DNA from: Clostridia bacterium
GTDB lineage: Bacteria > Bacillota > Clostridia > TANB77 > CAG-465
Direction of reading: 5' to 3'
NCBI GenBank assembly: GCA_051886195.1
Contig: JBJEXW010000005.1
Coordinates: 1,360 to 65,359 of the forward strand
Length of the DNA stretch: 64,000 nt
Shown: positions 10,143 through 18,815 of the stretch, in pieces
Numbering within the stretch: position 1 is the first letter of the stretch
Layout of the letters: each line of letters starts with the position of its first letter
The notes under the pieces: model-generated
What the model was told of the DNA's origin: nothing
Seen by the model: only the letters and a program-made list of their open reading frames with translations
The model's database searches: none
Program-made: the position numbers and the translations under genes

Positions 10143-12299
10143 ATGAATAAAGAGCTTAGATTGATTGTAACAAGAAAATGTAATTATGACTGTTATTTTT
10201 GTCATGGAGAAGGAGTTGAAAAGGGAACTAAAGAAGTTTTTGATTCTAAAGATTACAAATATTTAGTAGACTTCTGCAAAAGAAAATATGGTTGGAATAC
10301 TGTAACTATTACTGGCGGTGAGCCCTTAGTTAGAGATGATATATTAGAAATAGTAAATTGTATGAAAGAATTAGATCTTAAAACGACATTAGTAAGTAAT
10401 GGAGAACTTATAGATAGAAATATGGCTTGTTTTGAAGGAATCGATAGATTAAATGTTTCGATACATACATTAAATACTAATCTATATGATCAAATTGTTC
10501 AAAGAAAAAATAAATTATCCAGAGTAATATATAACTTATCACAGCTTAGAAATTTAAATAAAGATATAGATATTAGAATTAATATGACAGTTGTGAAAAA
10601 TCAAAATGATACTATAGAAGAATTCAAAAACATTATTTCACTTGCTAAAAAAGTAAATGCTAGTATCAAAATAATTGAATTATTTAGTAAAAATAAGGAA
10701 GAAATAGTACCAATATATGAAATTAAGAAAAAACTAATTGAATTGAATTTTAAAGTTTTAGAAGAATATACCCATAAGATTGTACTTTTTGATGGAACTA
10801 CAAAAATTATATTATCTAAAATCTTTTGTGCAGCAGCAAATGATAGATACAATCCTAATAGTTATTGTAATTCATTTAATGATTTATTTGTGTCTCCTGA
10901 TGGAATAATTAAACTTTGCAGATATATAAAGCAAGAAGTAAGTATAAAAGATGAAGTAAAAAATAGAGACGACGAAGGATTAGAAAAAAAGATAAAACTT
11001 GCAAATTCTTTATTGGGCAAGCATTGTCCAATGAATACTATAGATAAACTCGCAATTAACGGTGGAAATCCTATAATTAGCAAAGAAGAAGGAAGATTTA
11101 TTCATCCAAAAATAACAAAAGAAATTGAAAAAGCTGTAATAGAACAATTACATGATACAATTTCTATTTATGATAATAGCAATATCTTTAAAAAGTTCGA
11201 AGAATCATTTGCAAAATATCATAATAAAAAATATGCATTAGTTACATCGTCTGGAACAAGTGCATTACATTCATTATATGATGCAATAAATTTAAGAGAA
11301 GGCGATGAGGTTATTTGTCCTATATATACTTTTTTTGCAACAGTATCACCAATATTTCAAACTGGTGCTAAACCAGTTTTTGTTGATTGTGATGAAACAG
11401 GAAATATAGATTATAAAAAGATAGAAGAAAAGATAAATAATAATACAAAAGCAATAATGGTAACACATATGTGGGGATATCCTTGTAAAATGGATGAACT
11501 CAGAAAAATAGCTGACAAGTATGGAATTTATTTACTTGAAGATTGTTCTCATGCACATGGAGGAGAATATAAAGGAAAAAAGTTAGGAGAATGGTCTGAT
11601 GCTGCCGCTTTTAGTTTGCAAGGAAATAAAATAATAACTGGTGGAGAAGGAGGAATTATAATTACAAATAATAAGTATATATATAAAAATTGTATATTAC
11701 TTGGTCATTATAATAAACGTTGTAAACAAGAAATAAATAAAAAAAGTACGGACTATAAATATGCAACAACTGGAAAAGGATTAAAGCTTAGAGCTCATCC
11801 ACTTGCAATTAGAATAGCATATGAGCAATTTAAAAATATAGATAATATTAATTCTATAAAACAGGATATGGTAAATATTATCAAAAATACTATTGATAAA
11901 ATAGATGGATTGACTTTAAATGAACCATATGAAGGAAGTAAATGTAGTTATTATGCGTTAATTATTAAGTATGATCCATCAAAGTTTAACAATTTACCTA
12001 TTGAAAGATTTATTGATGCTTTAAATGCAGAAGGGGGAGTTGAATATGATAAGCCCGGCTCTACATGTCCATTAAATAGGCTTGAATTATTCAAAAATCC
12101 TAGTTATTTTTTTCCTTCTTATGGTAAAATATTTGATGAAAATGAAAAGTTTGTTAATGCAGATAGATTTTATGATAATTCATTTAAAATCCCTGTTTGG
12201 TATAATAAAGAAGATGAAAATATTGTAATAAAGTATTGTGAAATATTAAATAAAGTTTCAAGGTATTATAAGAAGGAGGTAAAAAATGAAATTTTATGA
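10143..12299 (+). CDS. Fusion: MoaA/viperin-like radical SAM domain + DegT/DnrJ/EryC1/StrS PLP aminotransferase
   Basis: aa 1 to about 300: CNYDCYFC, TGGEP, VSNG and late Cys residues (FCAA, YCNS, LCRY). From aa 303: LAINGGNP, TSSGTSAL, VTHMWG, LEDCSHAHG, FSLQGNKIITGGEGG (PLP Lys). Single continuous frame. Confidence 0.9.
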   Translation: MNKELRLIVTRKCNYDCYFCHGEGVEKGTKEVFDSKDYKYLVDFCKRKYGWNTVTITGGEPLVRDDILEIVNCMKELDLKTTLVSNGELIDRNMACFEGIDRLNVSIHTLNTNLYDQIVQRKNKLSRVIYNLSQLRNLNKDIDIRINMTVVKNQNDTIEEFKNIISLAKKVNASIKIIELFSKNKEEIVPIYEIKKKLIELNFKVLEEYTHKIVLFDGTTKIILSKIFCAAANDRYNPNSYCNSFNDLFVSPDGIIKLCRYIKQEVSIKDEVKNRDDEGLEKKIKLANSLLGKHCPMNTIDKLAINGGNPIISKEEGRFIHPKITKEIEKAVIEQLHDTISIYDNSNIFKKFEESFAKYHNKKYALVTSSGTSALHSLYDAINLREGDEVICPIYTFFATVSPIFQTGAKPVFVDCDETGNIDYKKIEEKINNNTKAIMVTHMWGYPCKMDELRKIADKYGIYLLEDCSHAHGGEYKGKKLGEWSDAAAFSLQGNKIITGGEGGIIITNNKYIYKNCILLGHYNKRCKQEINKKSTDYKYATTGKGLKLRAHPLAIRIAYEQFKNIDNINSIKQDMVNIIKNTIDKIDGLTLNEPYEGSKCSYYALIIKYDPSKFNNLPIERFIDALNAEGGVEYDKPGSTCPLNRLELFKNPSYFFPSYGKIFDENEKFVNADRFYDNSFKIPVWYNKEDENIVIKYCEILNKVSRYYKKEVKNEIL

Positions 12300-13185
12300 T
12301 TATTTAATTGAAAAAGGCAAAGAAGATGGTATTGAGAAAAACGTTGTAGGAGCTGTTATTGTTAATGAAAAGAATGAAGTGCTAATAATGAGTAGAAAAG
12401 CTGATGATTTTATGGGGGGAATAGACGAGCTTCCAAGTGGAAATATGGAAAAAGGTGAAGATATTTTAAAAGCATTAACTCGCGAAGTAAAAGAAGAAAC
12501 TAATTTGGACTTGAAAGAAGTAATTTGTTTTATAAATTCTTTTGATTATATATCAGGAAGTGGTAAGAAAGCTCGTCAATATAATTTTGCAATAAAAGTT
12601 GAAAAAAATGGTGTAATTAAACTTACAGAGCATGATGCATATAAATGGGAATCATTACAAGAAGCTAGAGATAATGCTAAAATAACTGATGAAGTTAAAG
12701 AATGTTTAGAAATCTACAATTTTAATAATAAATCAAAAATGCTAGACTTTGAATGTCATTTTTGTGCTACTGCATGTATCTTAAATAAAGAAAAAAATAA
12801 GATATTATTTATTCATCATAAAAAATTAAATAAATGGCTTTTTGTTGGTGGCCATATTGAAGAAAATGAAAATCCAGAAGAAGCTGTATTAAGAGAAGTT
12901 AAAGAGGAAACAAATTTAGATATAGAATTAATAGGACAAAGATATCCAAGACAAGAAGATTTTATAAAGCCTTTTGCTTTACAAAAAAACATAGTAAAAG
13001 AAAATCATATTCATATGGATATTTTTTATGTGGCTATAGACAAAGGAACATCAAAGTTAAAAGAAAAAGAGGATGAAGTTTTAGGCAGTAAATGGTTTTC
13101 AAAAGAGCAAATTATTAGTGAAGATTTTGATACTTTTCCTGAAAAGAAAAAGATGGCAATTGATGTATTAGAAATGTTTAAATAA
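12286..13185 (+). CDS. Tandem double-NUDIX hydrolase
   Basis: Two intact boxes, GNMEKGEDILKALTREVKEETNL and GHIEENENPEEAVLREVKEETNL; overlaps the upstream gene by 14 nt. Confidence 0.92.
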   Translation: MKFYDYLIEKGKEDGIEKNVVGAVIVNEKNEVLIMSRKADDFMGGIDELPSGNMEKGEDILKALTREVKEETNLDLKEVICFINSFDYISGSGKKARQYNFAIKVEKNGVIKLTEHDAYKWESLQEARDNAKITDEVKECLEIYNFNNKSKMLDFECHFCATACILNKEKNKILFIHHKKLNKWLFVGGHIEENENPEEAVLREVKEETNLDIELIGQRYPRQEDFIKPFALQKNIVKENHIHMDIFYVAIDKGTSKLKEKEDEVLGSKWFSKEQIISEDFDTFPEKKKMAIDVLEMFK

Positions 13186-13193
13186 AGAAATAT

Positions 13194-13240
13194 TCTCTCT
13201 CAAAGTATTAATTATAAAATATTTTGAGAGAGATTTTTTT
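13194..13240 (+). terminator. Intrinsic terminator closing the radical SAM/NUDIX operon
   Basis: TCTCTCTCAAA / TTTGAGAGAGA stem followed by T7. Confidence 0.7.
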
Positions 13241-13292
13241 CAAAAAATTACATTTTATGATATAATATGCATATATAAAAGGAGAAAAAATA

Positions 13293-13796
13293 ATGAAAGT
13301 AGCAATTTTAGGATATAGTGGTTCAGGTAAGTCAACTCTTGCAAGAAAAATTGGAGAAAAATATAATATTCCGGTGTTACACTTAGATAAAGTTAATTTT
13401 ACAAAAAATTGGAAAGAAAGAGAAACTAGTGAAGCAAGAGAAATTGTAGAAGATTTTTTAGAAAATGATTCATGGGTAATTGATGGAAATTATTCAAAGC
13501 TAGAACAAGATAGAAGAATTAAAGAGGCAGATAAAATTATTTTTTTAGATTTTCCAGCAAGAGTATGTCTTCATAGAGCTTATAAAAGATACTTAGAAAA
13601 TAAAAATAAGACTAGAATAGATATGGCAAATGATTGTGAAGAAAAGTTCGATTTTGAGTTTATAAAATGGATACTATTTGATGGAAGAGATAAAAAGCAT
13701 AAAGAAAAATATCAAGAAATTTGTAATAAATATAAAGACAAAACAATTATATGTAAAAATAGTAGAGAAGTAGACGAAGCTTTAGAAAGGTTATAG
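13293..13796 (+). CDS. Adenylate kinase-like P-loop protein (topology modulation protein/FlaR family)
   Basis: GYSGSGKSTLA Walker A, LHLD, WVIDGNY, IIFLDFP, CEEKFDFEFIKW. Confidence 0.85.
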   Translation: MKVAILGYSGSGKSTLARKIGEKYNIPVLHLDKVNFTKNWKERETSEAREIVEDFLENDSWVIDGNYSKLEQDRRIKEADKIIFLDFPARVCLHRAYKRYLENKNKTRIDMANDCEEKFDFEFIKWILFDGRDKKHKEKYQEICNKYKDKTIICKNSREVDEALERL

Positions 13797-13797
13797 T

Positions 13798-14673
13798 ATG
13801 CATGATATATGGAATCCATGGCATGGATGCAAAAAGATAAGCGAAGGATGTAAAAACTGTTATATGTATTATTTAGATAAGGTCAGAAATCAAGATGGAA
13901 GCAATATATATAAAGTTTCAAACAATTTTGATTATCCTTTACATAAGGACAGAAAAGGAAGTTATAAGATAAAAAGTGGTGAACAAATAAGAATATGTAT
14001 GACATCAGATTTTTTTATAGAAGAAGCGGATGAGTGGAGAAAAGAAGTGTGGGAAATAATTAGACAAAGATCAGATGTTATATTTTTTATTTTAACAAAG
14101 AGACCAGATAGGGTACTAAATAATTTACCAGATTGGTGGGGAGAAGGTCTAGAAAATGTTTTTTTTAATGTAACATGTGAAAATCAAAAAAGAGCAGATG
14201 AAAGAATACCAATATTATTTTCACTCCCCTTTAAGCATAAGGGAATTATGGTCGCACCATTTATAGGTAAAGTCGATATTGAAAAATATTTAAAAGAAGG
14301 TGTAATTGAACAAGTTATTGCAGGAGGAGAAAATTATGATGGAGCAAGGCCATTAGAATATGACTGGGTTAAGCTTTTAAGTGATGAATGCAAAAAATAT
14401 AATACTAGATTTGCTTTTATTGAAACTGGAAATATATTTATAAAAGATAAAAAAATGTATAAAATAAAAAGTAAACATACTCAAGCCAAGCTTGCATATA
14501 AGTCAGGATTAAGTTATGAAGGAAAGAAAATTGAGTTTAAATTAACAGATGAACTTGGTATTCCTTTAAGAAATGAAGATTTATATGTAGCATATTTTGG
14601 TGAAAATTGTAAAGAATGTGGCAATAAGATGATATGTAATGGTTGTTCTAAATGTGGCAAATGCTATAAATAG
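13798..14673 (+). CDS. DUF5131 (phage Gp37/Gp68-like) protein
   Basis: WNPWHGCKKISEGCKNCYM, CMTSDFF, ILTKRP, GGEN; Cys-rich C-terminus. Confidence 0.85.
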   Translation: MHDIWNPWHGCKKISEGCKNCYMYYLDKVRNQDGSNIYKVSNNFDYPLHKDRKGSYKIKSGEQIRICMTSDFFIEEADEWRKEVWEIIRQRSDVIFFILTKRPDRVLNNLPDWWGEGLENVFFNVTCENQKRADERIPILFSLPFKHKGIMVAPFIGKVDIEKYLKEGVIEQVIAGGENYDGARPLEYDWVKLLSDECKKYNTRFAFIETGNIFIKDKKMYKIKSKHTQAKLAYKSGLSYEGKKIEFKLTDELGIPLRNEDLYVAYFGENCKECGNKMICNGCSKCGKCYK

Positions 14674-14784
14674 TTTTATTGTAAAAAAATAGTGAAAAGT
14701 TTAAATTATATTTTTATTATTTAATTCTTTGTGATATACTATACTTAGATAAGATAAAAGTTATATCTTATAGAGGAGGTATTT

Positions 14785-15861
14785 ATGAGTAAAATTAAAG
14801 TTGCCCAATATGGTTGCGGAAAGATGTCAGTATATACAATGAGATATGTATATGAAAAAGGTGCTGAAATTGTTGCAGCACTAGATATTGACGAGAGAAA
14901 ATTTGGAAAGGATATCTCTACTATCATGGGTGGAGAAGAAAAGGGAGTAGTTATATCAGATGCTAAAAATGCTGAAGAGGTATTAAGAAAAGCTAATCCA
15001 GATATTTGTATAATAACTACTATGAGTTTATTTAGCGATGTATATGATGCATTTGAAGTATGCGCTAAGCTTGGAATAAATGCAATTTCTACATGTGAAG
15101 AAGTATTTTATCCTGAAAATTCTAACCCTACACTAACTGAAAAACTAGATAAATTAGCAAAAGAAAATGGATGTACTTTAACAGGAGCAGGATACCAAGA
15201 TATATTCTGGGGAAATTTAATTACTGTTCTTGGAGGAGCTACACATAAAATAACTAAGATTAAGGGAAGTTCAAGCTATAATGTCGAAGATTATGGTATA
15301 GCACTTGCTAAAGCACATGGTTCTGGGCTTACACTTGAAGAATTTGATAAAGAAGTTGCTTCAGTAGATAGAGTAACTGATGAAGAAAGACAAGAAGTAA
15401 TTAATAGAGGAGAATATTTACCATCATATATGTGGAATGTAAATGGATGGCTTGCAGATAAGATGGGACTTACAATTACACACCAAACACAAGTTACAGT
15501 TCCAACAACATATCCTGAAGATTTAGACTCTTCAACTTTAGGAATGACAGTAAAAGCAGGAGATGCAACAGGAATGTCTGCAATAGTTACAACTGAGACA
15601 AAAGAAGGAATAGTTTTCGAAACTGAATGTATTGGTAAAGTATATGGTCCAGATGAATGTGATAAAAATGAATGGACTATATATGGTGAACCAGATACTA
15701 CAGTTGTTATTACAAGACCTGCTACAGTTGAGCTTACATGTGCTACAATTGTAAATAGAATACCTGATGTAATAAATGCTAGACCAGGATTTGTGCCAAC
15801 TAGTGAAATGCCAATTCTTCAATATAGAACAAAAGCATTAGATGAATATTTAAACAAATAA
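14785..15861 (+). CDS. NAD(P)-dependent amine dehydrogenase (2,4-diaminopentanoate dehydrogenase/DapB-like family)
   Basis: KVAQYGCGKM Rossmann motif, AISTCEE, NGCTLTGAG, TCATIVNRIPDVINARPG. Confidence 0.75.
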   Translation: MSKIKVAQYGCGKMSVYTMRYVYEKGAEIVAALDIDERKFGKDISTIMGGEEKGVVISDAKNAEEVLRKANPDICIITTMSLFSDVYDAFEVCAKLGINAISTCEEVFYPENSNPTLTEKLDKLAKENGCTLTGAGYQDIFWGNLITVLGGATHKITKIKGSSSYNVEDYGIALAKAHGSGLTLEEFDKEVASVDRVTDEERQEVINRGEYLPSYMWNVNGWLADKMGLTITHQTQVTVPTTYPEDLDSSTLGMTVKAGDATGMSAIVTTETKEGIVFETECIGKVYGPDECDKNEWTIYGEPDTTVVITRPATVELTCATIVNRIPDVINARPGFVPTSEMPILQYRTKALDEYLNK

Positions 15862-16031
15862 TTATACTGTTTTTGAAATGAAATATAAAGAAAATAACAC
15901 TTATTTAAAATATAAGTGTTATTTTTTGCATTAAAAACTATTGCTAATTACAAATAATAGCAGTATAATTATTTAGCAATTTAATAGTGAAATAAAAATA
16001 TTAATATATATTTATGAAAGGAGGGATATAT

Positions 16032-16919
16032 ATGATTTTAGTAACAGGTAGAAATTACGCAGGAAAGACCACTATTAAAAATAAATTGGCAAGGAAAATG
16101 GGACTTAAAAATGCTACTATATTTACTACAAGAAAGAAAACCCCGCAAGATATGATAAGAACTAACTATAGATTTGTTTCTATTGAAGAATTTGAAAAAA
16201 TGAAAGAACAAGGAGTATTTAAAGTTGTTACTACAAATGGTTTGGGTCAATTAAGTGGTATTTCAAATTCTGAATTTGAAAGAAGTGATGCTATTTTAGA
16301 ACTAGATTTAGGTTCATTAATGTCAATTATTGATGATTTACCAAATAGTTGTAAAGTGATTTTTGTTGATGCAGCAGTTGAAGCTAGATTTTGTAGAATG
16401 GTAAAAGATAATTATAGTATATGTGATTCTTTTAGAATATTGCATAAAGAGAATTTTAATGGATATGAATTACCATTTGGAATTGTTGCAGATAACTCAC
16501 TTGAAGATAATGGAGAATGTGCAACAAGAAGTATTATAAATAGTTTGAGTCAATATTCAAATTTAGGTGTAGTCAACGCTCAAAATATGAAATCTAAGAA
16601 AATATATGTTTCTCCTATTATTTATCCAAATAATACATCAAATATAAGAAATTTTCTTTCTTATGAGCAGTGGGCACTTCGAGAAATAAGGAAGGTATGT
16701 AATTTAAGTGATCCAGAAGGAAGAAAATTTGCTAAGACTATGTATAGAAATTATTTATCTGAATATAGAACTTTAAATTCAGCAGATTTTAGATATAATT
16801 CTTTAACTCAAGAATTAGGGATAAACTTAGATGGTATATATTTTCCTCTTGCAAAAGATGAGGCATTAGCTCCAGATATAAAAGGAGTAGTAAGAGAAAA
16901 AATTAAAAGGGAAAGATGA
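16032..16919 (+). CDS. Divergent guanylate kinase-like protein with an extra C-terminal region
   Basis: GRNYAGKTT P-loop, FTTRKK and NYRFVSIEEFEKM resemble Gmk; about 110 additional aa unrecognised. Start moved to 16032 (GGAGG RBS). Confidence 0.65.
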   Translation: MILVTGRNYAGKTTIKNKLARKMGLKNATIFTTRKKTPQDMIRTNYRFVSIEEFEKMKEQGVFKVVTTNGLGQLSGISNSEFERSDAILELDLGSLMSIIDDLPNSCKVIFVDAAVEARFCRMVKDNYSICDSFRILHKENFNGYELPFGIVADNSLEDNGECATRSIINSLSQYSNLGVVNAQNMKSKKIYVSPIIYPNNTSNIRNFLSYEQWALREIRKVCNLSDPEGRKFAKTMYRNYLSEYRTLNSADFRYNSLTQELGINLDGIYFPLAKDEALAPDIKGVVREKIKRER

Positions 16920-16941
16920 TAGAATTTCATCTTTCCTTTTT
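16905..16941. terminator. Terminator overlapping the stop codon of the Gmk-like gene
   Basis: AAAAGGGAAAGATGA / TCATCTTTCCTTTTT inverted repeat. Confidence 0.7.
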
Positions 16942-17019
16942 CTAGCTTTAATTCTCTTGAAAAAAGATTAATAATTTGATAATCTATATATGAAATTATT
17001 TTTTTGAGGTGATAGACTA

Positions 17020-18177
17020 ATGGATGAGAAATTTGTACTTTTAACAGATGATTGTAGTAATTATACAAATGTTCAAGCTAAAGAAATAGAGCGAGTAAGA
17101 GGAGGACTTAAGCCTTCCTGCAGTAAAATAAAATGGTATACACCACCATCAGCATTTCCAGAGTATTATTCTAAATGGCAAGAATATGACAGAATGGATT
17201 TAACAGATGGTAAGCCAAATAATGATGAAGTTTTAGATGATGGAAAGTATAATCCTGGAACTAGATATGTAATGTATAGTAGTCTTAAAGATACTACTAT
17301 TAGGATTAGACCTTCCAAATTTAAAGAGGTGTTAGCAAGAGTTAATGCAAGTGTAAAATATCAAAATATACCTGATGATATAGTTAGAACTTTAGTGGCA
17401 AGAGAAATAGGAAACTCTTTAGAAAATCATAATATTAAACATGTAATATGTGAGATAGATGATTTAAGTGATGTTATAGTTTTAGAAGATATTTTTGCTG
17501 CAAGTGACTATATAGATCCTGTAGAACATGACATATTAAAAAATGAAATTAAGCTATATATTTTTGATCCTCATGCTATATATCATGCATCAGAAGATAA
17601 AAAATTTAAAGCATACTCAGATATAAAAGCAAGAGTTGAAAAAGGTTTTTATAAAAAGAAAATTGAATTTTTGGACATGCTAAGATGGGATAAAACAATG
17701 GAACCTAAAAGCAGGGATTCATATTTAAGATGCGGAGTTTTTCCAAAAGACGGAGAAACACCAGAGCAATGTTATGATAGAGTTAAACCATACCTAGAGC
17801 AATTATATAGAGATTTTGAAAGATATAAAGATAATTATGAAGAATTTAAAATACAAATATTTAAAAGACTACCTAGAGCTGTATCACCAGAAAGAAACGA
17901 ATGGGATGAGAGATATAATGATGAAGCAATAACAGAAGCATTAGTTCAGGGATATGTTAGGTTTTTTAGTGGTTTATATATATCATCTGATGCAGAAAAA
18001 AATATTTGTATTGATGCAGATAAAAGAAGAAGATTTAGATATAATAGAAGCTTTCAAGTAACATCACTTGCTATATTTGATTCAAATGCATTAGAACTTG
18101 AAAAAGTAATTGATGTTGAAGAAATTAGACTAAAAAATATTGAAGTCAAAAAAAGGGAACAAGAAAATGTTAGATAG
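17020..18177 (+). CDS. Hypothetical soluble protein (no family recognised)
   Basis: 385 aa ORF with GAGGTG RBS and AT-rich codon usage like its neighbours. Confidence 0.75.
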   Translation: MDEKFVLLTDDCSNYTNVQAKEIERVRGGLKPSCSKIKWYTPPSAFPEYYSKWQEYDRMDLTDGKPNNDEVLDDGKYNPGTRYVMYSSLKDTTIRIRPSKFKEVLARVNASVKYQNIPDDIVRTLVAREIGNSLENHNIKHVICEIDDLSDVIVLEDIFAASDYIDPVEHDILKNEIKLYIFDPHAIYHASEDKKFKAYSDIKARVEKGFYKKKIEFLDMLRWDKTMEPKSRDSYLRCGVFPKDGETPEQCYDRVKPYLEQLYRDFERYKDNYEEFKIQIFKRLPRAVSPERNEWDERYNDEAITEALVQGYVRFFSGLYISSDAEKNICIDADKRRRFRYNRSFQVTSLAIFDSNALELEKVIDVEEIRLKNIEVKKREQENVR

Positions 18178-18185
18178 GAGTTGTT

Positions 18186-18788
18186 ATGGAAAATAGATTT
18201 TATAATATGAATACACCGCTTGCATATCAAGTTACAGAGTATGATTGTGGTCAAGCAACATTATTAAATGCAATGAGGTATTTGTTTAAAAGAGGTGAGA
18301 TACCTCCTATTATTATAAAATATATAACACTATATACTTTGGATACAATTGGTGAAAACGGACAACTTGGGCTTTGTGGTACTTCACCTCATGCTATAGA
18401 GTATTTATCTAATTGGATTAATACAAGTACGGGATTAATAAACTTAAAATTAAGTTCTAAAATTTTAAAAGGAAATGAAGTAGATATTAATAATATAGAA
18501 CTGTATGAGTGTATAAAATCTGGAGGAGTTGCTGTTTTAAGAGTATGGTCTGAATGTGAACATTATGTTCTATGTACTGGTATTGATGAAAAATGTGTAT
18601 ATATTTTTGATCCATATTATTTAAAAGAAAATGAGTATGATGATGACTCGAACGTAATAATGATTACAAATAAACCTTTTGAATATAATCGTGTAGTATC
18701 AAAGAAAAGATTAAATGAAAATTCAAAAAATGACTTTTCACTTGTAAAAGATGAAGAAAAGAGAATTTTATTATTATACAAAAAATAA
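18186..18788 (+). CDS. Peptidase C39-like cysteine protease (stand-alone)
   Basis: QVTEYDCG (Q-x5-C) and HYVL...IFDPY give a Cys/His/Asp triad; no ABC domain. Confidence 0.8.
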   Translation: MENRFYNMNTPLAYQVTEYDCGQATLLNAMRYLFKRGEIPPIIIKYITLYTLDTIGENGQLGLCGTSPHAIEYLSNWINTSTGLINLKLSSKILKGNEVDINNIELYECIKSGGVAVLRVWSECEHYVLCTGIDEKCVYIFDPYYLKENEYDDDSNVIMITNKPFEYNRVVSKKRLNENSKNDFSLVKDEEKRILLLYKK

Positions 18789-18815
18789 AGAGGACTATTT
18801 AAAGTCCTCTTTTAT

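Noticed and set aside
10143-11048. Calling the radical SAM domain a true moaA
   Set aside because: No moaC or other Moco genes nearby, several GTP-binding arginines and the C-terminal GG motif are missing, and it is fused to an aminotransferase.
10143-12299. Calling the fusion a capsule/O-antigen sugar aminotransferase
   Set aside because: No glycosyltransferase, nucleotidyltransferase, dehydratase or flippase in the window. It remains only an alternative hypothesis.
9914-13292. The operon as a mobile element or island
   Set aside because: No integrase, transposase, tRNA or flanking direct repeat seen, and composition looks like the rest of the window.
16890-18177. Shared charged C-terminal tail (KIKRER, KKREQENVR) as an export signal in two ORFans
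   Set aside because: Only two examples, and the first tail is encoded by the 5' arm of a terminator hairpin, which explains it more simply.
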